A stretch of DNA of 64,000 nt from Syntrophorhabdaceae bacterium (GTDB lineage Bacteria; Desulfobacterota; Syntrophorhabdia; Syntrophorhabdales; Syntrophorhabdaceae), in the NCBI GenBank assembly GCA_963666485.2, contig CAXXUO010000003.1:1-64000 (forward strand). The letters are read 5' to 3'. The notes beneath the pieces are model-generated. The model was not told where the DNA came from. It did not search any database and was given only the letters and a program-made list of their open reading frames with translations. Shown here piece by piece: positions 11,101-23,050 of the stretch (position 1 is its first letter; each line of letters opens with the position of its first letter). The position numbers and the translations under genes were made by a program.

Positions 11101-11863
11101 AGGGCGTGATCTCGACGAGTTTCTGGTGGTTGCGCTGGACGGAGCAGTCGCGTTCGTCGAAGGCGAACACGTTGCCGTGCTTGTCGGCCGCCACCTGGAT
11201 CTCGATGTGGCGCACCGAGGTCAGGAGCTTTTCGACGAAAAGCCTGGGGTTGCCGAACGAGGCCTGGGCCATGGCCGAGGCCTTGGAAAAGGCGGATTCG
11301 AGCTGGGCCTCGGAATAGATTTCGTAGATGCCCCGGCCGCCGCCGCCGCCTTCGGCCTTGAGCATGATGGGAAAGCCGATCCTGGCCGCGATCTGCCGGG
11401 CCTCGGGAATGGACACCGAGCCCTCGGAACCGGGCACCACCGGCACGCCCAGGCCCTGGGCCAGGCGGCGCACCTCGACCTTGTTGCCCAGGCTCTGCAT
11501 GGCCTCGGCCGAGGAGCCGATGAAGATGATGCCGGCCTCGGCGCATTTGCGCGGAAATTCGGAATCTTCCGAGGCAAAGCCCCAGCCGGGGTGGATGGCC
11601 ACCACGCCATGGGCCTTGGCTTTCTTGATGATGGTGTCGATATCGAGATAGGCCCGGGGGTCGGGGCCCAGGGTGATGAGCTCGTTGGCTCCGGCCGTGG
11701 CCGGAGAGGTCATGTCCACATCGGTGACGGTGAGCACGGGGATGGCGCGCAGGCGTTCGCGGATGGAGCGCAGGACACGCCGGGCCGATATGCCGCGGTT
11801 GGCGACGAGAATCTTCTTTCCTTCGACCTCGGAAAGCACCTCGAGAAACGTCTTGGCAATCAT
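8168..11863 (-). CDS. pyc: Pyruvate carboxylase
   Basis: Biotin carboxylase motifs (ILVANRG, ERDCSVQRNHQK, EVNTRLQVEH), carboxyltransferase motifs (LKDMAG, DVTPGSQ), biotinyl VMKQE, and a C-terminal CxxC...CxxC. Confidence 0.93.
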   Translation of the reverse strand: MIAKTFLEVLSEVEGKKILVANRGISARRVLRSIRERLRAIPVLTVTDVDMTSPATAGANELITLGPDPRAYLDIDTIIKKAKAHGVVAIHPGWGFASEDSEFPRKCAEAGIIFIGSSAEAMQSLGNKVEVRRLAQGLGVPVVPGSEGSVSIPEARQIAARIGFPIMLKAEGGGGGRGIYEIYSEAQLESAFSKASAMAQASFGNPRLFVEKLLTSVRHIEIQVAADKHGNVFAFDERDCSVQRNHQKLVEITPSPWTGMTEELRQTLKDYAERLVRETGYYSLATVEFLVDDKGQPYLIEVNTRLQVEHGITECRYGVDLVEEQINIAFGGKLRFNCGDTRPFLSAMQLRINCEDPKQNFAPNAGLITRYLSPGGQGIRLDSCLTAGYEYPTQYDSAGALLISYGRTWSKVVAVMERALREYIIGGLKTTIPFHRQILRHPDFIKGEFNTRFIGQNPYLLNYLDEEPEALRLSWLVADISARGYNPHVQLGKYRGREDYRLGRFKPHMPDVNLRDHVSPYPRGDRQAILDMVRDSGKVHFVDTTTRDITQSNSGNRFRLAEDALIGPYLDSCGFFSLENGGGAHFHVAMMANMTYPFSEAAAWNRFAPKTLKQLLIRSTNVLGYKPQPRNLMRLTGEMICEHYDVIRCFDFLNHIDNMYPFAEVALNTPGIIFEPAISLSYAKGFDVPHYLGVLEAILDQTAKAGGMTRKEAEKSIILALKDMAGMCPPRFVKALVTAIRAAYPDLVLDYHRHYTDGLFVPAVGAAAQAGCHIVDVALGACVRWYGQGEVLSTAAYIEEDLGVPVSLTRADKEMIRSTNFVLKQIMPYYDRYTAPYFQGIDYDVVEHAMPGGATSSSQEGAMKQGYIHLLPYMLKFLAGTRKIVRYHDVTPGSQITWNTSFLAVTAAYKAGGERAVRDMLEVLEAVADHPDECLTQAAKHDRLLLYANCNDAFRNLLLGKFGRLPLGFPPDWVYESAFGAEWKQAIACRTEDSPLDALGEVDFEAEMASLTKQIGREPTNEEFVLYLNHPGDALKTIEFRKKFGDPNRLPLDVWFEGLEPGEELMFTDSLGKPHHLSILDIARPDTSGASTVRYALDSEILSHQIQVAAPQGGTAPKVEMADPNNPYHVGAPVSGDMWIMQVSPNDFVKTGEELFNISVMKQEKSVAAPMDAVVKRVLKSADYANDRKMTPVKEGELLVELGPVTRDCPVCRQPLSEDHYKYCPHCGQAV

Positions 11864-11927
11864 GCTGTCCTCTAAACCCAGGGGGCGACCGATCTCTGTT
11901 CGTGTGACATCCCGGCGGGGGCCGGCA

Positions 11928-12938
11928 TCAAAGGAGGGATATGCTCCCGCAATGCAGCGTCAATTCCGGTCCAGGGCCGCGGCCAACACGACGCAGCCGA
12001 AGCCCCCCGTCCTCGGCTAGCCCCACGATCCGCGCCTGGAATGCATCGCAACCGCTTTCTCGGACAACCACTTCCCGGCCAAGCCAGGCCACCCGGGGCG
12101 CGACCAGCCGGGAGCATTCTCCGCAGCCCGATGCCGTAACGCACTGCCGATAGCAGGTTTGCACGGACTGCACAAGGCCGGCCCACAGCGTAACAAGGCC
12201 CGGAAGCTCGCCAAACATGGCCAGGGCCCCGGCCTCGGCCGCGTGGTCCCGGCGCAGTCGGGCCGCATCCGGAGCGCTGGCGCAGTTGAGGCCGATGCCG
12301 GCCAGGGCCCGGCCGTCCCGGTCCTCGACGAGGATGCCGCCAACCTTGCGGTCGTCGAGCAACACGTCGTTGGGCCATTTGACCAGGGCCGGAAAGCCCC
12401 GGGCCGTCAGCGCCTCGGCCAGGCCGTAGCCGGCCAGCACCGGCGCCATGGCCCCGAGATTCCCGGGATCGGCCGGCCAGGCAAGGGCGGCGTACAGATT
12501 GCCGGGGGGCGATTCCCAGCCGCGCCGCAACTGTCCCCGGCCCTGGCGCTGGGTCACGGCCAGGACCGAGGCGAAGGGGGGCAGGCATCCGGCCGCGCTC
12601 AGGGCCCAGCCCACGTCCAGGCTCGAATCGCAGGCCCCGACCACGACTACCGGCGTGCTGACCTGGCCGGCGTCGCCGCAGGCCGCAAACCAGGTCCCGG
12701 CGGCCGGGTCGGCCGCGTCGGCAACGACCACTTCCCGCCACGGGGCCAGCCGGGCCACATCGGCGGCCCAAAGCGGATGGGCGGCGGCCAGATCGGCCAC
12801 GGACAGAGGCGCGGCCAAGCCGGATGGCCCGTCGCCGCGCAACCAGATGCCCCCGTTGGCCCACGGGGCGAGGACGGGACGCGTTTCCCCTGGATTTTTC
12901 AAGGCGTTTGGGCCAATGTCCGCCCCGGAGCCATACAT
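11928..12938 (-). CDS. birA: Biotin--protein ligase (start uncertain; TTG at about 12902 is possible)
   Basis: QRQGRGQLRRGWESP, VKWPNDVL, RKVGGILVE, GIGLN; next to pyc. Confidence 0.88.
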   Translation of the reverse strand: MYGSGADIGPNALKNPGETRPVLAPWANGGIWLRGDGPSGLAAPLSVADLAAAHPLWAADVARLAPWREVVVADAADPAAGTWFAACGDAGQVSTPVVVVGACDSSLDVGWALSAAGCLPPFASVLAVTQRQGRGQLRRGWESPPGNLYAALAWPADPGNLGAMAPVLAGYGLAEALTARGFPALVKWPNDVLLDDRKVGGILVEDRDGRALAGIGLNCASAPDAARLRRDHAAEAGALAMFGELPGLVTLWAGLVQSVQTCYRQCVTASGCGECSRLVAPRVAWLGREVVVRESGCDAFQARIVGLAEDGGLRLRRVGRGPGPELTLHCGSISLL

Positions 12939-14118
12939 GAAACGTTATCTCGTTGGCGGCGCGGTCCGCGATCTGCTGTTGGGCCGCCCGGTTGTGGATC
13001 AGGATTATCTCATCGTCGATGCGACGCCGGAAGCGTTCGTGCGAAGATACCGGAGAGCCCGGCAGGTCGGCAAGACCTTTCCGGTTTTCATGCTGGGCCA
13101 GGCCCAGTACGCCTGGCCGCGCGGGGACTGCGTGGCCGAGGACCTGCTGGCCCGGGATCTGACGATCAATGCCATGGCCATGGGCGACTCGCGCCAGATC
13201 GCGGGCCGGCTGCATTTCCATCCCCTGGCCCTGCCCGATCTCAAGGCCCGCATCCTGCGCCCCTGCGGCGAGACGAGCCTGTTCGACGATCCGTTGCGGG
13301 TCTACCGGGCGGCCCGGTTCGCGGCCGTGCTGCCGGATTTCACGCCCCATCCCGAACTCCTGGCCCAGATGCGGGCCGTGGCCGTGGCCGGGGTCCTGTC
13401 CGACATCTTCGCCGAGCGCGTGGCCCAGGAGGTCAGAAAGGCCCTGGACGCGGCCAAGCCGTCGCGGTTTTTCCGGCTTTTGGCCGACACCGGCTGCCTG
13501 CTGCCCTGGCTGCCCGAGATCGAGGCCGCCCTGCACGTGCCGGCCGGACCCGAGCGCTACCACAAGGGCAGCGTGTTCGACCACCTGCTCGACATGGTCG
13601 ATGCCCTGGCCGGAGAGCCCCTGGCCGGCTGGATGGGGGTGTGTCACGATCTCGGCAAGGTCCGTACCCCCGAGTGCCAGTGGCCGCGCCACATCGACCA
13701 CGACAACGTGGGCGCCGTGGTGGCCGAGGAACTCGGCCGGCGCCTCAAGCTCCCCAACCGGGTGCGCGAGGCCGGGGTGGCGGCGGCCCAGTGGCACATG
13801 AAGGCCGCCCGTTACGGCGAGCTGCGGGCCGGAACCCGGGTGGACATGCTGACCTGGCTGCACAAGCACGAGCTCGTGGAGGCCCTTTTCGCGGTCGTGC
13901 ACGCCGACAGCGGCCAGGACGTGTCCCCCATGGTCAAGCGGGACCTCAAGCTCATGCTGTCCGTGCACCTGCCCGGCCGCCAGCGCATGCGCGGCCCGGA
14001 GTCCGGGGCCAAGCTGCGCAATCTGCGCTGCCAGAAGCTGGCCGAGGCCGAAAAGAAAACCTCCCCCCGGGATGCCGGGCCCCCACCCGCCGAGCCGGAC
14101 CCCGACCCTAGCGCCTGA
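12937..14118 (+). CDS. cca: tRNA nucleotidyltransferase / poly(A) polymerase family protein
   Basis: YLVGGAVRDLLLGRPVVDQD, EDLLARDLTINAMA, DDPLRVYRAARFAA, and HD-type HDLGK. Confidence 0.85.
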   Translation: MKRYLVGGAVRDLLLGRPVVDQDYLIVDATPEAFVRRYRRARQVGKTFPVFMLGQAQYAWPRGDCVAEDLLARDLTINAMAMGDSRQIAGRLHFHPLALPDLKARILRPCGETSLFDDPLRVYRAARFAAVLPDFTPHPELLAQMRAVAVAGVLSDIFAERVAQEVRKALDAAKPSRFFRLLADTGCLLPWLPEIEAALHVPAGPERYHKGSVFDHLLDMVDALAGEPLAGWMGVCHDLGKVRTPECQWPRHIDHDNVGAVVAEELGRRLKLPNRVREAGVAAAQWHMKAARYGELRAGTRVDMLTWLHKHELVEALFAVVHADSGQDVSPMVKRDLKLMLSVHLPGRQRMRGPESGAKLRNLRCQKLAEAEKKTSPRDAGPPPAEPDPDPSA

Positions 14119-14821
14119 GCCGCTTGACCAGGCACAGAGACAGGTAGTGGGGCGCCTCGGGCGCCTTGGCCAGGTCGCGTTCCACGGCCTCGCCGTCGTG
14201 GCCGAGCCGGGTTACGAAGGTGGTGCCCCCGGCCAGTCCCATGTCCGTGAGCATCCGGCGCAGACGCGGAAACTGGCGGTAGGCCTTGAGGATCACGGCA
14301 TTGTCCGCCGTGGCCAGGGCCTGGCGCAGCCGGTCCGGGGCATCCACGCCCGAGGCCACGAGCAGGTTCTCGCCCGAGGCCGCCAGCACCGTGCCCGTTG
14401 CCGCGGCCGCGGCCTGAAACGAGGTCACACCCGGCACCACCATGGTTTCAAGGCCCGGCAGCAGTTCCGTCACCAGCGGCAGCACGTAGCCGAAGGTGCT
14501 GTAGAGCAGGGGATCGCCCAGGGTGATGAAGGCCGCGTCGCGCCCGGACACGAGCACGCCGGCCATGGCCGCGGCGTTGGCCCGCCAGGCCGCTTCCAGG
14601 GCCACCGTGTCCCGGGTCATGGGAAAGGCGAGCCGGATCACGGGCACCTCCGGGGCCAGGTGCGGGGCCACGATGGATTGGGCGATGGAATGGTCGTTCC
14701 CGCTTGAGGAAGCGGCGAAAACCGCCGCCACCTGGCCGAGGATCCGGGCCGCCTTGAGGGTGAGCAGTTCGGGATCGCCCGGGCCGACGCCGATGCCGTA
14801 GAGCCGTCCCAGGGCGCTCAT
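14108..14821 (-). CDS. cbiL: Precorrin-2 / cobalt-factor II C20-methyltransferase
   Basis: LYGIGVGPGDPELLTLKA, FPMTRD, FITLGDPLLYSTF, VPGVTSF, HYLSL. Confidence 0.9.
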   Translation of the reverse strand: MSALGRLYGIGVGPGDPELLTLKAARILGQVAAVFAASSSGNDHSIAQSIVAPHLAPEVPVIRLAFPMTRDTVALEAAWRANAAAMAGVLVSGRDAAFITLGDPLLYSTFGYVLPLVTELLPGLETMVVPGVTSFQAAAAATGTVLAASGENLLVASGVDAPDRLRQALATADNAVILKAYRQFPRLRRMLTDMGLAGGTTFVTRLGHDGEAVERDLAKAPEAPHYLSLCLVKRLRR

Positions 14822-15765
14822 CGGGCCGCCTCCGGAGAGGCCGTGCCGGCGAGCAGGCCGGCCAATTCTTCCACGGCCTCCACACTGCGCGGCCCGGGTC
14901 GGGAATAGCGCGCCTCGTCCACCACATAGGCCCGGCCACCGGCCACGCAGGGGAGCTTTGCGTATTCCGGCCGGTCGGCCATGGGCCGGGCCTCGGGATT
15001 CATGGGCCCGCGCTGGGTGAGACACACGGCCGGGGCCAGGCGCAGCAGTTCCTCGTCGGCCAGGCGCGTCAGCCGCTTGTCCTGGGTCACGGCGTTGATC
15101 CCGCCGGCGGCCTCGATCACGGCATCGACCATGGAGCCCTTGCCGGCGGCGAGCAGGTTGCCCGAGCGGGCCTCGAAAAACACCCGGGGCCGTTCGCCAT
15201 CCCGCTGGGCCGCCGCCACCCGGTCGAGACGGGCCTTGAGCCCCTGCGTCACCGTGGCGGCCGCCGCCTCCTGGCCGGTCAGGATCCCGATGCGGGCGAT
15301 GGCCGAAAAAAGTCCCGGAAAGTCGTTGACCGCAAACACCGCCACCGGCACGCCCAGGGCGGCGAGCGCCTCGGCCGTTTCCAAGGCCTCGCCGCGTCCG
15401 GCCATCTGGAGCACCAGGTCCGGTCGCACGGCCAGCACCCGTTCCAGGTTGGGCCGCATGTGGGTGCCGATGACGGGCAGGGCCTCGATGGCCGGCGGCT
15501 CGTGGTCGGCCTCGGTGCGGGCGACCAGCCGGTCGGTCTGGCCCATGCCGGCCAAAATCTCGTTGAAGGCCCCGTACAGGGCCACGATCCGCGCTGCCGG
15601 CGCGGGCAGGACCACGACGCGGCCCAGGTCGTCGGTGACCCGGATCTCCCCGGCCAGGGACTTACCGGCCAGGCTGCACAGCAGCAGCGCCGCCAGAGCC
15701 AGGCACCACCAAGGCCTGGGGTGCGCCGGTACGCGGATGGGGGAGCACGATGATATCGGTTTCAT
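14818..15765 (-). CDS. ABC transporter periplasmic binding protein (BtuF/FecB-like); start uncertain
   Basis: Signal-like CLALAALLLC, VTDDLGRVV, PNLERVLAVRPDLV, SRPGPRSVEAVEELA. Confidence 0.85.
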   Translation of the reverse strand: MKPISSCSPIRVPAHPRPWWCLALAALLLCSLAGKSLAGEIRVTDDLGRVVVLPAPAARIVALYGAFNEILAGMGQTDRLVARTEADHEPPAIEALPVIGTHMRPNLERVLAVRPDLVLQMAGRGEALETAEALAALGVPVAVFAVNDFPGLFSAIARIGILTGQEAAAATVTQGLKARLDRVAAAQRDGERPRVFFEARSGNLLAAGKGSMVDAVIEAAGGINAVTQDKRLTRLADEELLRLAPAVCLTQRGPMNPEARPMADRPEYAKLPCVAGGRAYVVDEARYSRPGPRSVEAVEELAGLLAGTASPEAAR

Positions 15766-16465
15766 AGATCCTCGAAAGCGTTGATTGCGTGAAGACGTCC
15801 GCCACCGGGCCGTCGGCCACGATACGTCCGTCTTTAACAAAGACCAGCCGCCGGCAGTAGAGGGCGGCCAGGTTGATGTCGTGCAGGGCGGCCACGACCG
15901 TGGCTCCGGCGGCGTTTCGGGCCGCGAGCAGGTCGTGGAGTTCCACCTTGCGGGCCATGTCCAGGTTGGCCGAGGCCTCGTCCAGAATGAGCAGGTCCGT
16001 GGCCTGGGCCAGGGCCCGGGCCACCAGCACCCGTTGGAACTCGCCCCCGGACAGGGCCGCGCAGGGCCGGTCGGCCAGGGCCGCGACGCCGGTTGCGACC
16101 ATGGCCTCGAAGGCGATCGTTTCGTCCTCGGGGCCGTAGCCGCCAAGCAGGCCCAGATAGGGATAGCGGCCCATGAGCACCAGCGCCCGGGCGGTCAGTT
16201 CCGGCACGGCGTCCAGGCGCTGGGGCACGGCGGCCACCAGCCGGGCCCGCTGCCGGGGGGAAAGGGTCGCCAGGTCGCGGCCGGCCAGGCGCACCCGGCC
16301 GCCCCGGAGCGGCAGGGCGCCGGTCAGGGTGAGGAGCAGCGTGGTCTTGCCGGCCCCGTTGGGGCCAAGCAGGCCGACCATTTCCCCCGGAGCCACGTGC
16401 AGGTCCAGACCAGAAAGCACTTCGCGGCGGCCGTAGCCGGCCCGCAGTCCCTGGCACACGATCAC
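15662..16465 (-). CDS. ABC transporter ATPase (BtuD/FepC-like)
   Basis: Walker A GPNGAGKTT, LSGGEFQRV, LLILDE, LHDINLA. Confidence 0.9.
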   Translation of the reverse strand: MIVCQGLRAGYGRREVLSGLDLHVAPGEMVGLLGPNGAGKTTLLLTLTGALPLRGGRVRLAGRDLATLSPRQRARLVAAVPQRLDAVPELTARALVLMGRYPYLGLLGGYGPEDETIAFEAMVATGVAALADRPCAALSGGEFQRVLVARALAQATDLLILDEASANLDMARKVELHDLLAARNAAGATVVAALHDINLAALYCRRLVFVKDGRIVADGPVADVFTQSTLSRIYETDIIVLPHPRTGAPQALVVPGSGGAAAVQPGR

Positions 16466-17517
16466 GGGTTCGACCTTTCCGGCCGGGCCAGGAGCAGGAA
16501 GCAGAAAAACGGTCCGCCCAAAAGCGCCGTGACCACGCCCACCGGCAGTTCGGCCCCGCCCGGCAGCACGGTCCGGGCGACCAGGTCGGACAGCACGAGC
16601 AGTGCCCCGCCGCACAAGGCCGACCGGGAAAGCAGCCGGCCGTGCTCGGCGCCGTAGAGCCGGCGACAGGCATGGGGCGCGAGCAGCCCGACGAAACCGA
16701 TGACCCCGGACACGGCCACGGCCCCGGCCGTGAGCAGGCTCGCACCGATGAGCAGGCACAGCCGGGCCCGGCCGGCCGCCACCCCGAGCTGACGGGCCTG
16801 GCTCGTGCCCAGGTGCAGGATGTCGAGCTCGCGCGTAAACAGGCGCACCAGCACGAGGCCGGCCACGAAACAGGGCAGGAACAGGGCCAGTTCGGCCCTC
16901 CCCCGGCCCTGGAAGCCGCCCATGATCCAAAACACGATGCCGGCCACGGATTCCTCGTTGAGCGCCTTGACCAGGGAGAGCAGGGCGGAAAGGAAGGTCG
17001 CGGTGACGATGCCGGCCAGGACCACGGTCTCCCGGCGCAGCCCGCCGCCCAGGCGCGACAGGGCGAGCACCGCGCCAAGGGCTGCCCCGGCCCCGGCCAG
17101 GGCGCATGCCGGCGTGGCGATCAAGACCGCCCGGTGGCCTCGGCCAGGCCCAAGGGATCAGGGAGAGCGCCGCGCCGAAGGCCGCCCCGCCCGAGACGCC
17201 AAGCGTGAAGGGATCGGCCAGGGGGTTGCGCAGCACGCCTTGGAACACCCCGCCGGCCACGGCCAGGGCCGCGCCCACGCCATAAGCCAGCACCGCCCGC
17301 CACAGGCGCAGGTCCAACGACCACGGCGGCCAGGCCGGGGTCGTCCGGCGATCGGCCAGGGGCAGGCCGAGGCAGCCGGCCGAGCACCCGGGCCACCGCG
17401 GCCGGGGCGACTGGGATAGGCCCCGGCCAGGCAGGAGACCAGCCAGGGCGGCCAGCCCGGCCAGGACCAGGGGCGCGGCGGCTCGCGAGTGAAGCACCTC
17501 GGCCGGCGCGGAAGGCG

Positions 17518-17521
<4 letters not shown>
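16462..17521 (-). CDS. FecCD/BtuC-family permease, with several apparent frameshifts at 17130-17420
   Basis: FQGVLRNPLADPFTLGVSGGAA and GVIGFVGLLAPH...ELPVGVVTALLGGPFF occur in different frames. Confidence 0.85.
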
Positions 17522-18417
<896 letters not shown>

Positions 18418-18557
18418 GTTTCCTCCATGGGCATGGAGGGCTTGTGAGGGGGTGGAAACGCAGGCGTCCCCGCCGCGCGACCGGCGACGGCGAGGCGTTC
18501 CCGTTTCCGAGGCCCGGCCGGCAAAAGCCCTCGTTGCCGGCGGGTCGCGCCAGGACC

Positions 18558-18716
18558 CGGGCAGGTCTTCCGGCTCGTCCCACCGGCCCCGGCCTTCCCG
18601 GGACGAGGCCCAGTGGCGCGCGAGGGGGTCGGTTTGGTGGGGACTGACGGCGGCGGGACCGCTCCCGATTCACACGGGATTCCCTTTCAAGCCCGCGAGG
18701 GCACCCAGGTCGTGTC
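18558..18716 (-). ncRNA. Cobalamin (AdoCbl) riboswitch
   Basis: Minus strand reads GGTGCCC...TGAAAGGGAATCCCGTGTGAATCGGGAGCGGTCCCGCCGCCGT...GCCACTGG...CCGGGAAGGC...GAGCCGGAAGACCTGCC (B12-box), upstream of the cbiK operon. Confidence 0.93.
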
Positions 18717-18745
18717 CGGCCAGTAAGCCGGGGCCGCTTCGGCTG

Positions 18746-19117
18746 TCAAGGCGTGGTGGTGGGCCTCAGGACGCCGCGATCGACCAGGGCCTGGTAGTCG
18801 GCCCGCTTGAGCAGGAGGGTGGGAACCTTGAGCCCTTCGAGCAGCTGGAGCAGGTTCTGGACCAGGGTGGCCGAGGATTTGGGCTCCATGACCACGATGG
18901 CCGCGTCCTTGGCGTAGGCGATCCGCTCGGCGATTTCCCACATCCCGGTGACGGGCTTGCCGCCGTCGAGGCGGTAGGTGTCGCGGTCCACGGCGATGAC
19001 GCCGGCCGTGGCGGCGGGCGGGACCAGCAGCGCGGCGGCCAGCAGCGGCGCGATGAGCCAACCGGCCCGGCCGGACCAGTGTCGGAAAATGCGGGAGTGT
19101 CTGGACATCATGACCAA
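18746..19117 (-). CDS. Hypothetical exported protein
   Basis: Hydrophobic signal-like segment WLIAPLLAAALLVPPAATA; coherent ORF. Confidence 0.6.
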   Translation of the reverse strand: MVMMSRHSRIFRHWSGRAGWLIAPLLAAALLVPPAATAGVIAVDRDTYRLDGGKPVTGMWEIAERIAYAKDAAIVVMEPKSSATLVQNLLQLLEGLKVPTLLLKRADYQALVDRGVLRPTTTP

Positions 19118-19168
19118 AGGGGATTAAGGATTTTTTTCACGAAATTCGTCTCCAGGGGGAGGTCAGCC

Positions 19169-19282
19169 GTGAAATTCGATTTTTCCGGGCTCATCGTGCT
19201 GTTCGGGTTCCTCGGGGTGTTCGTCGCCCTGCTCGTCGTCAAATATCAGCAACTCGCCAAGCCCGAGGACCAGGACTGGTAG
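19169..19282 (+). CDS. Small single-TM membrane protein (37 aa)
   Basis: GGAGG RBS then GTG; MKFDFSGLIVLFGFLGVFVALLVVKYQQLAKPEDQDW. Confidence 0.55.
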   Translation: MKFDFSGLIVLFGFLGVFVALLVVKYQQLAKPEDQDW

Positions 19283-19426
19283 CACCGGGCCTTCCTCGTT
19301 TCCGACGCGGCGGATGGCCCGGGCTGTCCGCCGCCTTTTCCGTTGTCTGGCCCCGCCCGTTTCCCCGGGAGGGGGGCGGGGGGATTATCCTTCCAGCCGC
19401 CGCAGGCGCGCCTGCGGTCCGCCTGC

Positions 19427-21346
<1,920 letters not shown>

Positions 21347-21375
21347 GGTGATTCCTTTTGGCGGGTGGGAGGAAT

Positions 21376-21421
21376 GCCTCCGGCGGCCAGGAGGGGGATC
21401 ATCCCCCTCCTGGACCACCCC
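21376..21421. repeat. REP-like palindromic element (same family as 4436-4482)
   Basis: GCCTCCGGCGG-CCAGGAGGGGGAT-C-ATCCCCCTCCTGG-ACCACCCC. Confidence 0.75.
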
Positions 21422-21469
21422 GTCCCGGGGTTCGGTTGCCGTGCCGGCCTTGGCCCGGGCACGGGACGC

Positions 21470-22918
21470 TCAACTGCCGAGAAAGGCCTTGTAGGCCAGC
21501 ATGGAGGCGTAGACGTCGGCCACGCTCGTGATCTCGAAGGGGCTGTGCATGCTGAGCACGGCCGGGCCGAAATCGATGATGTCCATGCCGTAGACGGCCA
21601 GGAACTTGGCCACGGTGCCGCCGCCGCCGAGATCCACCCGGCCCAGTTCCGCCATCTGCCAGGGAATGCCCGCCCCGTCGAGGAGGTTGCGCAGCCAGGC
21701 CACGTACTCGGGATGGGCGTCGTTGGCCCCGACCTTGCCCCGGTGGCCGGTGAACTTGCAAAAGACCGGGCCGTAGCCGAGCAGGGCGGAATTGAGCTTT
21801 TCGTGCAGGTCCTGGTAATCCGGGTCCAGGGCGGCGTGCACGTCGGCGGACATGGCCTTGCCGGCCGCGAACACCCGGCTTATGCGGGCGCCCGGGTCCC
21901 AGGCCTCGATCAGGTCCTCCAGGCAGTACTCGAAAAAGCGCGACTTGGCGCCGGTCGAGCCCTCGGAGCCGATCTCCTCCTTGTCCCAAAAAAGCACGAT
22001 CTGGGTGTGCTCGGGCTCGGGCGCGGCCAGCAGGGCGCAAAGGGCGGAAAACACGCACACCCGGTCGTCCTGGCCGTAGCCGCCGACGAGGGCCTCGTCC
22101 AGCCCGACGAGCCGGGCCGGACCGGCCGGCACGGCCTGGAGTTCGGCGCTGTAAAGGTCGGCTTCCTCGATGCCGTAGCGGGCATTGAGCAGCGAAAGCA
22201 CCTTGGCCTTGATGGCCTCGTTGCCGTTTTTCTTGTCGTTTTTTTCCGGTGCCGCCTCGTCGGCCGCGGCCGGCGGATCGGCCGGGCTGTGGCCGATGAG
22301 GATGTTGAGCTTTTCGGCCTCGAAGGCCTCGGAGAGCTTTTTCTCCACCTGCCGGTAGGCCAGGTGTGGCAGCAGGTCCGGGATGGCGAACACCGGATCG
22401 GCCGGATCCTCGCCGATGGTCACGGGCACCACCGTGCCGTCCTTTTTCGCCACCACGCCGTGCAGGGCCAGGGCCCTGGCCAGCCACTGGTGCTTGCGGA
22501 TGCCGCCGTAATAGTGGGTCTTGAGCTGGGCCACGGCGCAGTCCTGGTAGAGCGGGCGCTGCTTGAGGTCGATGCGCGGGGTGTCGCAATGGGCCCCGAC
22601 CAGGCGGAAACCCTCGCGCAGGGGTTTTTTGCCCTGGCGGGCCACGAACACGGTCTTGCCCTTCATGACCCGGAACACGGCCTGGGCCGTGAAATCGCCT
22701 TCCGGGCATTCGGTGAAGCCGGCTTCGGTCAGGGCGGCGCGGACGTAGTCCACGGTTTCGCGTTCGGTCTTGCAGGCGGTGAGAAAAGCGACGTAGCGGT
22801 CGGCTAGCTCGCGCATGGCCGCGCGTTCGGACTCGCAGGCGTAGGTCTCCCAACAGCTTTTGGTCTCGATGGCCAGGGACGGGGTCTTCCCGGCCGCCGT
22901 TTCGGTCTCTTCGGTCAT
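21470..22918 (-). CDS. M18-family aminopeptidase
   Basis: [42 protein letters not shown]. Confidence 0.9.
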   Translation of the reverse strand: MTEETETAAGKTPSLAIETKSCWETYACESERAAMRELADRYVAFLTACKTERETVDYVRAALTEAGFTECPEGDFTAQAVFRVMKGKTVFVARQGKKPLREGFRLVGAHCDTPRIDLKQRPLYQDCAVAQLKTHYYGGIRKHQWLARALALHGVVAKKDGTVVPVTIGEDPADPVFAIPDLLPHLAYRQVEKKLSEAFEAEKLNILIGHSPADPPAAADEAAPEKNDKKNGNEAIKAKVLSLLNARYGIEEADLYSAELQAVPAGPARLVGLDEALVGGYGQDDRVCVFSALCALLAAPEPEHTQIVLFWDKEEIGSEGSTGAKSRFFEYCLEDLIEAWDPGARISRVFAAGKAMSADVHAALDPDYQDLHEKLNSALLGYGPVFCKFTGHRGKVGANDAHPEYVAWLRNLLDGAGIPWQMAELGRVDLGGGGTVAKFLAVYGMDIIDFGPAVLSMHSPFEITSVADVYASMLAYKAFLGS

Positions 22919-23050
22919 GATACGCAGGGCTCCTTGCGTGCATTGGCACGGACATCCACTATAAGCGTCCCGGCCGGTGGAGGGAACCCCCCTGCGGCGG
23001 GTCAGGAAGACATTGTCGCGTTGCGCCGCGGCGATGGTCCCGAGTCGGGG

